DNA of 64,000 nt from positions 712,026-776,025 of the forward strand of contig CAWEXX010000003.1 in assembly GCA_963813145.1 (NCBI GenBank), read 5' to 3'. This DNA is from Bryobacterales bacterium (GTDB lineage Bacteria > Acidobacteriota > Terriglobia > Bryobacterales > Bryobacteraceae). Positions within the stretch are counted from its first letter, which is position 1. Each line of letters begins with the position of its first letter. Shown in pieces: positions 27,088 through 34,893 of the stretch. The notes beneath the pieces are model-generated. The model made no database searches. It was not told where the DNA came from and saw nothing but the letters and a program-made list of their open reading frames with translations. The translations under genes were made by a program, and so were the position numbers.

Positions 27088-28062
27088 ATGATAGTGACTC
27101 TCGCAGCCTGCTCCGATTGCGGAGCGCCTATTCAGGAATCCGCCCTCAGTTGCCCGTCCTGCCATGCACTCACCCACGCGAAGGAGTTGGAATCGCTGGC
27201 GGCGCAGGCGCAGCAGGCCATGGCTCGTGGGGACGTCGCAGCGGCGCGCGAATTCTGGGAACAGTCCGCTTCGCTCCTGCCGCCGGATACCGTTCAGTAC
27301 CGGGCCATCCGTGCGCATATCGAGAATCTCAAAAACACACAGCCGCAGCCGGATCACAAGTGGTGGAAAAAAGGCGCGGCCGGTATCGGACCCGCCCTGC
27401 TGCTCCTGTTCACCAAGGGCAAGCTGCTGCTGCTCGGTCTGACCAAGCTCAGCACGCTGCTGTCGATGCTTGCCTTCGCCGGCGTGTATTGGGCGCTCTA
27501 TGGATGGACCTTTGCGGTCGGCATGGTCTTCTCGATTTACATCCATGAGATGGGACACGTGCTGACGCTGCGTGAGTACGGCATCCCGGCCAGTGCGCCG
27601 ATGTTTATCCCGGGGTTCGGCGCGTTTATACGTTTGAAGCAACTGCGAATTACTCCCATTCAAGATGCGCGTGTTGGCCTGGCGGGTCCGATCTATGGGC
27701 TTGGAGCCGCCTCCTTTGCCCTTGCCGCCGGTTACGTGACTGGCGCGAAAGCCTGGGACGCCATCGCGCACTTCGGCGCCATTGTGAATCTGTTCAACCT
27801 GATTCCGGTGTGGCAACTCGACGGCGGGCGGGGATTCGCATCGCAGACGCGCCAGCAGCGGCTGCTCATTCTGGTATCCGCCGGCGTGCTGTGGTGGGTG
27901 AGCGGAGAAGTGATGCTGGGGCTGATCACCTTGGGCGCGGGGTACCGCCTTTTCACAAAGGACGCCGCGCAGGAACCGGATAACGTCGGCATGGGTCAGT
28001 TTCTCGGGCTGCTTGGCGCGTTGTCAGTGGTCGCGATGCTGGCGCAGCGTCACGCGCAGTAG
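27088..28062 (+). CDS. M50-family (site-2 protease-like) metalloprotease with N-terminal zinc-ribbon
   Basis: ORF 26875..28062 trimmed to ATG 27088. CSDCGAP..CPSCH, HExxH (YIHEMGHVL) and NLIPVWQLDGG. Confidence 0.8.
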   Translation: MIVTLAACSDCGAPIQESALSCPSCHALTHAKELESLAAQAQQAMARGDVAAAREFWEQSASLLPPDTVQYRAIRAHIENLKNTQPQPDHKWWKKGAAGIGPALLLLFTKGKLLLLGLTKLSTLLSMLAFAGVYWALYGWTFAVGMVFSIYIHEMGHVLTLREYGIPASAPMFIPGFGAFIRLKQLRITPIQDARVGLAGPIYGLGAASFALAAGYVTGAKAWDAIAHFGAIVNLFNLIPVWQLDGGRGFASQTRQQRLLILVSAGVLWWVSGEVMLGLITLGAGYRLFTKDAAQEPDNVGMGQFLGLLGALSVVAMLAQRHAQ

Positions 28063-28063
28063 A

Positions 28064-28510
28064 CTACCAGCGAACGGACGTGCAATCTCCGGTCTTGTGA
28101 TCCGCAATCTGGAACCGCAGGAACTCATGCACGGCCTCGCGAGCAGCCTTGGTGTCCGCCGTGATCATGATTCGCGCGCCCTGGTCGGTCTGCTGCAACT
28201 CCCAATGGAGGTCGCCCTTCAGGCGGGACATCGCCGCGGTACCCGGCACGTCGCGCTCATGAACCAGCATCGGAACATTGAAATCCCCGCTCGCGAACAT
28301 CTGCCGGATGTGCTGGAAATGGCCTCGAATCTGGTCGCGGCTCTCGGTATCCTTGGCGTCGTCGGCACGCACTTCGATGGAGCCGCCGTCTTTATGCAGT
28401 TCGAAGTGGTGGGTGGTTTTCTCGTGTGAGAATCCCATCACGTGGTCCTGGTGATCCTGGGCCAACGCCAAGCAGGCGCCGAATGCGAGTAGAGTACCGA
28501 AACGAATCAT
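28064..28510 (-). CDS. Hypothetical His-rich periplasmic protein
   Basis: ORF 28064..28558 trimmed to ATG 28510 (MIRFGTLLAFGACLALAQ signal). QDHQDHVMGFSHEKTTHHFELH. Confidence 0.55.
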   Translation of the reverse strand: MIRFGTLLAFGACLALAQDHQDHVMGFSHEKTTHHFELHKDGGSIEVRADDAKDTESRDQIRGHFQHIRQMFASGDFNVPMLVHERDVPGTAAMSRLKGDLHWELQQTDQGARIMITADTKAAREAVHEFLRFQIADHKTGDCTSVRW

Positions 28511-28570
28511 AGGTCGAATCTCCTTGTCACTGAGACGAGCGTACCCGGGATTCGTCACGTCTGCCCGGTG

Positions 28571-28607
28571 ACCCCTCCATGACTGTCGGGGTTCGGTTGG
28601 AGGGGGG
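28571..28607. repeat. Family-D element, half copy
   Basis: ACCCCTCCATGACTGTCGGGGTTCGGTTGGAGGGG. Confidence 0.75.
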
Positions 28608-28636
28608 AGCGTCGCTACGCCTACCGTAAGCGAGTC

Positions 28637-30211
28637 TTACAGCACGCTGGTCTCGGTATAACTCCCGAAAACTTCGCCCAGCGACGCTGCGATCTCGCCG
28701 ACTGTCGCATAGGCTTTTACGGCATCGAGAATAAACGGCATCGTATTCTCCGTGCCCTCCGCGGCCTTTTTCAGATTGGCTAGCGCTTTCTCGACCGCGC
28801 TCGCGCTCCGCTTCGCCTTGACTCCGCGAAGCTTTTCCACCTGCCGGCGCTCGGCATCTACGTCGATCTGCAACAGCTCGATGGGCTTCTCGTCCTTCTC
28901 GGTGAATTTGTTCACGCCGACGATCACGCTCTCGCCCATCTCGACGGAATGTTGAAACTCGTAACTCGCATTGGCGATTTCAGTCTGCGGGAAGCCTCGC
29001 TCGATGGCCGGAATCATGCCGCCCATGGCGTCGATCCGCCGGATGTAGTCGTTCGCTGCCTCCTCCACTTCGAGAGTCAGCTTTTCCACGAAATAACTGC
29101 CGCCCAACGGATCGGGCTCCGCCGTCACGCCCGTCTCGTAGGCGATCACCTGCTGGGTCCGCAGCGCCACCGTGACCGCGTGCTCGCTGGGCAGCGCATA
29201 CGCTTCATCCAGCGAATTCGTGTGCAGCGACTGGCATCCGCCCAACACCGCCGCCATGGCCTGCACCGCGGTCCGCACGATATTATTCTGCGGCTGCTGC
29301 CACGTCAGGGAGCATCCGGCCGTCTGTGCATGGAACCGGAGCTTCCAGCTTTTCTCATCCTTGGCGCCGTACCGGTCCCGCATCACGTAAGCCCAAATCT
29401 TCCGCGCGGCGCGATACTTCGCGATTTCTTCAAAAAAATCGCTATGGGCGTTAAAGAAGAAGCTCAGCCTCGGCGCGAACGCGTCCACCGGGAGCCCTCG
29501 CTCGAGGGCCCAATCGACATACTCGATTCCGTCGCGCAGAGTGAACGCCAGCTCTTGCACCGCCGTCGATCCCGCTTCGCGAATGTGATATCCGCTGATG
29601 GAAATCGGATTAAATCGCGGCGTATGTTTGGCCGCGAACTCGATGGAATCCGTCACCAGCCGCATGGAAGGGCGCGGCGGATAAATGTACTCTTTCTGCG
29701 CGATGTACTCTTTCAGAATGTCGTTTTGCAGCGTGCCGGAGACGCGATCCCAACTGACGCCCTGCTGCTCCGCCACCGCCAGATACATGGCCCACAGAAT
29801 CGACGCCGGAGAGTTGATGGTCATCGAGACCGTCACGTCGCCGAGCGGAATTCCTTGGAACAGCGTTTCCATATCGGCCAGCGAGGAGATCGCTACGCCG
29901 CACTTGCCCACTTCGCCCTGCGATGCCGCGTGATCGGAATCGTAGCCCATCAACGTGGGCAAATCGAAAGCCACGGACAGTCCGTTTTGACCCTGCGAAA
30001 GTAAGTAATGATAACGGGCGTTGGTGTCTTCCGCCGTCGCGAATCCCGCAAACTGGCGCATGGTCCAGAGTTTCTTGCGGTACATCGTTTCATGAATGCC
30101 GCGCGTGTACGGGAATTCGCCGGGCTTGCCTGAATCGATCGGTTCGAAATAGACCGGTTCGAGCGGCAGCCCGCTCAGCGTCCGGCGCGCTTTCGTCAAT
30201 ACACTCGCCAT
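28637..30211 (-). CDS. Methylmalonyl-CoA mutase, catalytic (N-terminal TIM-barrel) subunit
   Basis: 524-aa [36 protein letters not shown] and HIREAG motifs. Confidence 0.93.
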   Translation of the reverse strand: MASVLTKARRTLSGLPLEPVYFEPIDSGKPGEFPYTRGIHETMYRKKLWTMRQFAGFATAEDTNARYHYLLSQGQNGLSVAFDLPTLMGYDSDHAASQGEVGKCGVAISSLADMETLFQGIPLGDVTVSMTINSPASILWAMYLAVAEQQGVSWDRVSGTLQNDILKEYIAQKEYIYPPRPSMRLVTDSIEFAAKHTPRFNPISISGYHIREAGSTAVQELAFTLRDGIEYVDWALERGLPVDAFAPRLSFFFNAHSDFFEEIAKYRAARKIWAYVMRDRYGAKDEKSWKLRFHAQTAGCSLTWQQPQNNIVRTAVQAMAAVLGGCQSLHTNSLDEAYALPSEHAVTVALRTQQVIAYETGVTAEPDPLGGSYFVEKLTLEVEEAANDYIRRIDAMGGMIPAIERGFPQTEIANASYEFQHSVEMGESVIVGVNKFTEKDEKPIELLQIDVDAERRQVEKLRGVKAKRSASAVEKALANLKKAAEGTENTMPFILDAVKAYATVGEIAASLGEVFGSYTETSVL

Positions 30212-30277
30212 GTCACTTTCATTCTACGCCCCAGGCATCGTTCTTTATTCCGCCGCTTTATTCCGTAAGATAGAGGC

Positions 30278-30907
30278 GTGACACCTTTTGACGATCCGCG
30301 TCTCGCTCTCAATCGCATTTACACCAAGCGCGGCGATGCCGGCGAAACCAGCTTGGCCGGGGGCCAGCGTGTCTCCAAGGATTCCGCTCGCATCGAGGCG
30401 TACGGCACCGTGGACGAGTTAAATTCGTTTCTGGGCCTGGCCGTCCTCTCCTGTGAAGAAATGATCACCCGCGACCCTCGGATCGGGCTGCTGCTTGTCA
30501 TTCTGCGGCGCGTGCAGCACGAGTTGTTCAACCTTGGCTCGATTCTCGCGACTTTGCCCGAGGACGTTCATCCCAAGCAGGCCCGCATCACGCCCGTCGA
30601 AGTCTCGCAATTGGAGCGCGAAATCGACGCGATGAATGAATCGCTTCCGTCCCTGCGCAGTTTTGTGCTCCCCGGCGGCACGCGCGTGAATGCCGAACTG
30701 CACGTGACGCGAACCATCTGCCGCCGCGCCGAACGGCTGCTCATCGCGCTCGCCCGTATCGAGCCTGTGCCCGCCGAATCCATTCAATATTTGAATCGCC
30801 TCAGCGATGCGATGTTCGTCTGGAGCCGCTGGATTAACAACACGGTCGGCGCGCCTGAAATTCTGTGGCAGCCGAACCAGGCCGCATCAGCGCAAAAGAT
30901 CAAGTAG
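30278..30907 (+). CDS. PduO-type ATP:cob(I)alamin adenosyltransferase
   Basis: 209-aa ORF with a GTG start. IYTKRGDAGETSL..IEAYGTVDELNSFLG and LPGG motifs. Confidence 0.9.
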   Translation: MTPFDDPRLALNRIYTKRGDAGETSLAGGQRVSKDSARIEAYGTVDELNSFLGLAVLSCEEMITRDPRIGLLLVILRRVQHELFNLGSILATLPEDVHPKQARITPVEVSQLEREIDAMNESLPSLRSFVLPGGTRVNAELHVTRTICRRAERLLIALARIEPVPAESIQYLNRLSDAMFVWSRWINNTVGAPEILWQPNQAASAQKIK

Positions 30908-31708
30908 CGCGCCGTTGAGCGCAGGGAAGCGAAATTCGTATCCGGCCTCGAGCGCCGCTTTGGGAATCACCCGCTGGCTGGCGTAGGCGATCTGAGCCAT
31001 GTCGCCAAAAAGCAAGTGCAGCGCGAACTTTGGAATCGGAAAGATCGCCGGGCGATGCAACGCGGCCGCCAGCTCCCGTGTAAATTCGGCGTTCGTCACC
31101 GGGTTGGGCGCCGTCGCATTCACCGCTCCTGTCAACTGTGCGGACGAAATCGCGAACTCTATCAAGCCAATCACATCGGCGATGTGAATCCACGCCATCC
31201 ACTGTTGGCCGTCGCCGATCTTTCCGCCGAGGCCGAGCTTGAATGGCGGCAGCATTTTTTCGAGCGCTCCGCCTTTTCCTAACACGACTCCGTTGCGGAG
31301 GCAGACTACGCGTACTCCGAACTCTTCCGCCTTTCGCGCTTCGTGCTCCCATTCCTGGCATACGTCGCCCAGAAAATCATCGGCCGGATGCGAAGATTCG
31401 GTCAACACCTCGTCACCGCGCGATCCGTAATATCCGACGGCTGAAGCACTCACCAATACACTCGGAGGTTCAGCGCGGAGAGCCTCCACCAGCCGCCGCG
31501 TTCCTTCCACGCGGCTAGAACGAATTCTTTCGCGAGTCGCTTTCGTCCACCTTTGGGAGACCGGCTCGCCTGCCAGGTGCACGACCGCGTCGGATCGTTC
31601 GAGACCGTCCAGACTACCTCGTAGCGATGCCGCACGTGCTTCGTTCCCGAGCCTCTTCATCAGTTGCTTTCCGATGAAGCCGGAGGCTCCTGTCACCGCG
31701 ATCTTCAT
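30887..31708 (-). CDS. TIGR01777-type SDR/epimerase-family protein (YfcH-like)
   Basis: 273-aa ORF. MKIAVTGASGFIGKQL Rossmann motif and a DUF1731-like C-terminus. Confidence 0.8.
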   Translation of the reverse strand: MKIAVTGASGFIGKQLMKRLGNEARAASLRGSLDGLERSDAVVHLAGEPVSQRWTKATRERIRSSRVEGTRRLVEALRAEPPSVLVSASAVGYYGSRGDEVLTESSHPADDFLGDVCQEWEHEARKAEEFGVRVVCLRNGVVLGKGGALEKMLPPFKLGLGGKIGDGQQWMAWIHIADVIGLIEFAISSAQLTGAVNATAPNPVTNAEFTRELAAALHRPAIFPIPKFALHLLFGDMAQIAYASQRVIPKAALEAGYEFRFPALNGALLDLLR

Positions 31709-31716
31709 AGAAATTT

Positions 31717-31782
31717 AAAACCGCTCCCTATGGTCACGGCTCGGAATCAAGTACCTACCGAGCCGTGACCAAAGGGAGCGGA
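31717..31782. repeat. Family-A hairpin element
   Basis: AAAACCGCTCCCTATGGTCACGGCTCGG..CCGAGCCGTGACCAAAGGGAGCGG, between two minus-strand genes. Confidence 0.85.
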
Positions 31783-31788
31783 GTCTTT

Positions 31789-32424
31789 TCAACAGCAACT
31801 ACAAACTCTACCTTGCCAGGCTGCTCGACCTTCCTTCACCAGCAAGGGTACGGCCACCAGTGCGGCAAGGGAATCAAACCACGCGATATGGAACAGCGCA
31901 TTGATCGCCAAGCCGGCCAAGGCGGTGACGGCCAGATAAGCGCAAGCGGCCGATTGCACAGCATCGGCAGCGAGAGCGGTATTGTGGCTGCGGCGCGCTT
32001 CCCGGCGCTTCAGATGAGCCAGAATTGGCATCACGATCAAGGCAGCCAGGGTGACTCCGATGCCGAGGCGGCTTGTTTCAGGGCGCAGGTGGAAGGCCAA
32101 AGAACTTGCTGCTACGACGGAGACAATAAGAGCGAGAGCGAATAATAATGCGCCCGCAGCGCGAGCGGCGCTCCGTTCGGAAATGGAAGCATGAGGCAGA
32201 AACTGCAACAAAACCACTCCCGCGGACAATAGCTCCACAAAGCTATCGGAGCCGAATGCCAGCATAGCGGGGCTATGCGCCTCCGCTGCCGCGTAGAGTG
32301 AAAGGCCGCACTCGGCCAGCATCCAGACGAGAGTGATTCCTTGAAGCCAGAACACCGCAACACTCAACTTGGGAATCTGGAGTTTGGTCTGGACCGACTC
32401 GGACATATTTGCTTGCTTAAGCAT
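31789..32424 (-). CDS. Cation-efflux (CDF)-like transmembrane-domain protein
   Basis: 211-aa ORF with about 5-6 TM helices. AFGSDSFVELLSA and AADAVQSAACAYL resemble CDF TM motifs. Cys-rich tail CSCC. Confidence 0.6.
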   Translation of the reverse strand: MLKQANMSESVQTKLQIPKLSVAVFWLQGITLVWMLAECGLSLYAAAEAHSPAMLAFGSDSFVELLSAGVVLLQFLPHASISERSAARAAGALLFALALIVSVVAASSLAFHLRPETSRLGIGVTLAALIVMPILAHLKRREARRSHNTALAADAVQSAACAYLAVTALAGLAINALFHIAWFDSLAALVAVPLLVKEGRAAWQGRVCSCC

Positions 32425-32450
32425 AGCTCCCGACTGGTGGCCCGTCGCGA

Positions 32451-32494
32451 TGTCCCCTCGACTCTCTACCGAACCCCGACAGTCATGGAGGGGT
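32451..32494. repeat. Family-D element, opposite orientation
   Basis: GTCCCCTCGACTCTCTACCGAACCCCGACAGTCATGGAGGGG. Confidence 0.8.
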
Positions 32495-32514
32495 AAGTAA
32501 GCTCGCCCAGCGGC

Positions 32515-34200
32515 TTACCTAAGCCTCACCACTCTAATCTCCCGATCGTCATAAATCACCTCGCCGTCATTCATCAATCCATCGATCCGCCGAATAAAAT
32601 CAAGCGTCCGCAAAGCGTTCCTTCTCTCTCCAGCCCCCACGTCCAAAGCGAACTCGACATACTCCTCCCTCGGCCGCGTCGCGTAGCCGTGATAGTCGAG
32701 GATAAGGTATCGCGCGGCAGGCGTTGCAGCCCATGGATTCCCGATTCCCGCTGGTTCGATATCGATAATCCGATTCCGCTTGTAGTCCAAATAAAAAGGA
32801 GTGTTGACCCACGCCAGCACCGTTTCCCCGGCCGGAACTTTTTCTTGAATGGCCTTCACGGCGGTGCGTTCCGCTCCATACAGAACCCGCCGGTTGTACT
32901 CCACATAATCAGGCGCGGTCGCCAACTCGACATAGGACGAAACGGAGTGGTTGGTGACCGCCCATTTGACGCGCGTGATCAGCGAGGGACCGAACGCTGC
33001 CACCGGAATCGCTGCAATCAATAGAGAAACCCAGCTTCGTCGCGTCATTGCGAAGATCGCAGGCACCAAGCCGATCGCGATGGGAGCGAAATATCGTACG
33101 GAACGCTCGTACCCCGCGTGAATCGGCCCCAAAACATAAATGAAAACAAAAAAGGTCGCGATGCCGCTAGCGCAAACCGCAATCGTCCGCGGCGCGCGGC
33201 GGGCAATGACTGCGCACAGGCACATGGCGACGATCAGCAGGGTGTAGTTGGCGGGCGAGGACTGGTAATCCAACGTTTTGAAAGAAAACAGGTTTATAGA
33301 GTCCATTTCCACTTGTCCCGTCACCGGCGTCGGAGCAAGCAGGTGAGCGCGGAGTCCCGCCAGATAATGCGGCAGGTGGATCAAGACCCAGGGCGACAGG
33401 AAAATCGCCGCCGACCCACAGGCACGCATCGCCCAACGCCATCCTTCTACAAAAGTCATTGAAAATAAATGAATTACCACGAAAATCGCGAAGGTCGGTT
33501 TCATGGCAATCAGCGCGGCAAACAGCAATCCCAGCGCTGCCGGACTGCTTTCACCCGCGATCGCCATGATCAGCGCGCTGCCGCAGTATAACGTCGAAAT
33601 GTTGACGTACTGGGGATTAATGAAGATCACGCTGAGCATGCAAACCATAGTCATGAAACGGTGTTCGCTGAGCTGGCTGGCCAAAATCAGGCACAGGAAT
33701 AGCCCGAAGACGGCATCGACTCCGTTGAGGTATTGAATCGGGAAAAATGCCACCACGAATCCGTCGAGAAAGGCCTGCGCGCCAAGGGTTTGCGCTCCCA
33801 TCGCGCTCAAGGGACTGCCGAAAATGGTGCCGGTTTCCAGCATCCTCACCGGATAGGCGAAATACTTTTGATAATCGTCGTAGAGGTTATAAACACTGGG
33901 CGGCAATTGCGTGGCAATGGTGAAGATCAGCACCGGGACGGCGAGAAGAAATCGCGCGGGCGGCAAGCGGAAACCTATTAGCGACAATAATATGCCGATC
34001 CCGGCGACGATCGCCAGGGCCGATGGGTAGGCTATCCGCGCGAGGTTGAGGATGCCTCCCAGAAACACCACTACGGCCATTCCCAAAACGACAGTCGCTG
34101 CCCAAGTGCCTGGTTCTAAAGCGAGAGCGCGACGGATCGTTTGTCCCCATCCCCATAGCATTAAGGTCGCGAGGGCTATGACGATGAGAGATATGGCCAT
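32515..34200 (-). CDS. Polytopic membrane protein, possibly a GT-C-fold glycosyltransferase
   Basis: 561-aa ORF. About 11-12 TM helices, an acidic first-loop motif YNLYDDYQKY and a ~150-aa soluble C-terminal domain. Confidence 0.45.
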   Translation of the reverse strand: MAISLIVIALATLMLWGWGQTIRRALALEPGTWAATVVLGMAVVVFLGGILNLARIAYPSALAIVAGIGILLSLIGFRLPPARFLLAVPVLIFTIATQLPPSVYNLYDDYQKYFAYPVRMLETGTIFGSPLSAMGAQTLGAQAFLDGFVVAFFPIQYLNGVDAVFGLFLCLILASQLSEHRFMTMVCMLSVIFINPQYVNISTLYCGSALIMAIAGESSPAALGLLFAALIAMKPTFAIFVVIHLFSMTFVEGWRWAMRACGSAAIFLSPWVLIHLPHYLAGLRAHLLAPTPVTGQVEMDSINLFSFKTLDYQSSPANYTLLIVAMCLCAVIARRAPRTIAVCASGIATFFVFIYVLGPIHAGYERSVRYFAPIAIGLVPAIFAMTRRSWVSLLIAAIPVAAFGPSLITRVKWAVTNHSVSSYVELATAPDYVEYNRRVLYGAERTAVKAIQEKVPAGETVLAWVNTPFYLDYKRNRIIDIEPAGIGNPWAATPAARYLILDYHGYATRPREEYVEFALDVGAGERRNALRTLDFIRRIDGLMNDGEVIYDDREIRVVRLR

Positions 34201-34229
34201 CTCCGCAAGTTTAAACTACAATCGAATGA

Positions 34230-34652
34230 ATGAGATTCCTGTTATTTGTGGCTCTGACTCTCCAGGCGCAAACGGTTGATCCGTGGAAGCCGGTGCAGTT
34301 TCTGGTGGGAGAATGGGCGGCCGAGGAAGGCAACGGAGGCTCCTCTTTCGACTTCGATCTGCAGCGCAAGATAATGATTCGGAAGAATTTCGCGCCTGGC
34401 CACGAAGACCTGATGGTGATCTATCTGGATCCCGGCCTGAAGGCGATCTACTTCGACAACGAGGGGCATGTTATCCATTACTCGGTTGAAGCGGGGTCGG
34501 ATTTTGTGCGGTTCGTGAACGAACAATACCGGCTGACGTATCGAAAGACAAGCGAAGAGAAACTGACGCTGGACTTCGATATTGCTCCGCCGGGGAAGCC
34601 TTTCGCCAATTATATTCACGCTTCGCTGCGGAAAAAGGGGCCGAAGCGCTAA
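34230..34652 (+). CDS. Hypothetical secreted protein
   Basis: 140-aa ORF with signal peptide [14 protein letters not shown]. No recognised domain. Confidence 0.55.
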   Translation: MRFLLFVALTLQAQTVDPWKPVQFLVGEWAAEEGNGGSSFDFDLQRKIMIRKNFAPGHEDLMVIYLDPGLKAIYFDNEGHVIHYSVEAGSDFVRFVNEQYRLTYRKTSEEKLTLDFDIAPPGKPFANYIHASLRKKGPKR

Positions 34653-34676
34653 ACTGAGAACTGCGACCCAAAAATT

Positions 34677-34766
34677 GGAGAGATGGCCGAGTGGTTGAAG
34701 GCGCACGCCTGGAAAGCGTGTATAGGGGAAACTCTATCGAGGGTTCGAATCCCTCTCTCTCCGCCA
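34677..34766 (+). tRNA. tRNA-Ser (anticodon GGA)
   Basis: 90-nt cloverleaf. Acceptor GGAGAGA/TCTCTCC, anticodon stem CACGC/GCGTG with loop CTGGAAA, long variable arm, T-arm GAGGGTTCGAATCCCTC, discriminator G and an encoded CCA. Confidence 0.93.
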
Positions 34767-34893
34767 GTAAGTAGCATCTTCTGCCCGCATGCTTACGCAT
34801 GGCGGCTCAGAACGGCCTACAGTGTCGGCGGTATTTGTGGCGGCGGGGGCATCCGGTATTCTATAAACTGCTCGCCGCTAAACTCCTTTCTTA

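Noticed and set aside
28949-30004. 351-aa ORF on the plus strand
   Set aside because: Antisense to the methylmalonyl-CoA mutase catalytic subunit.
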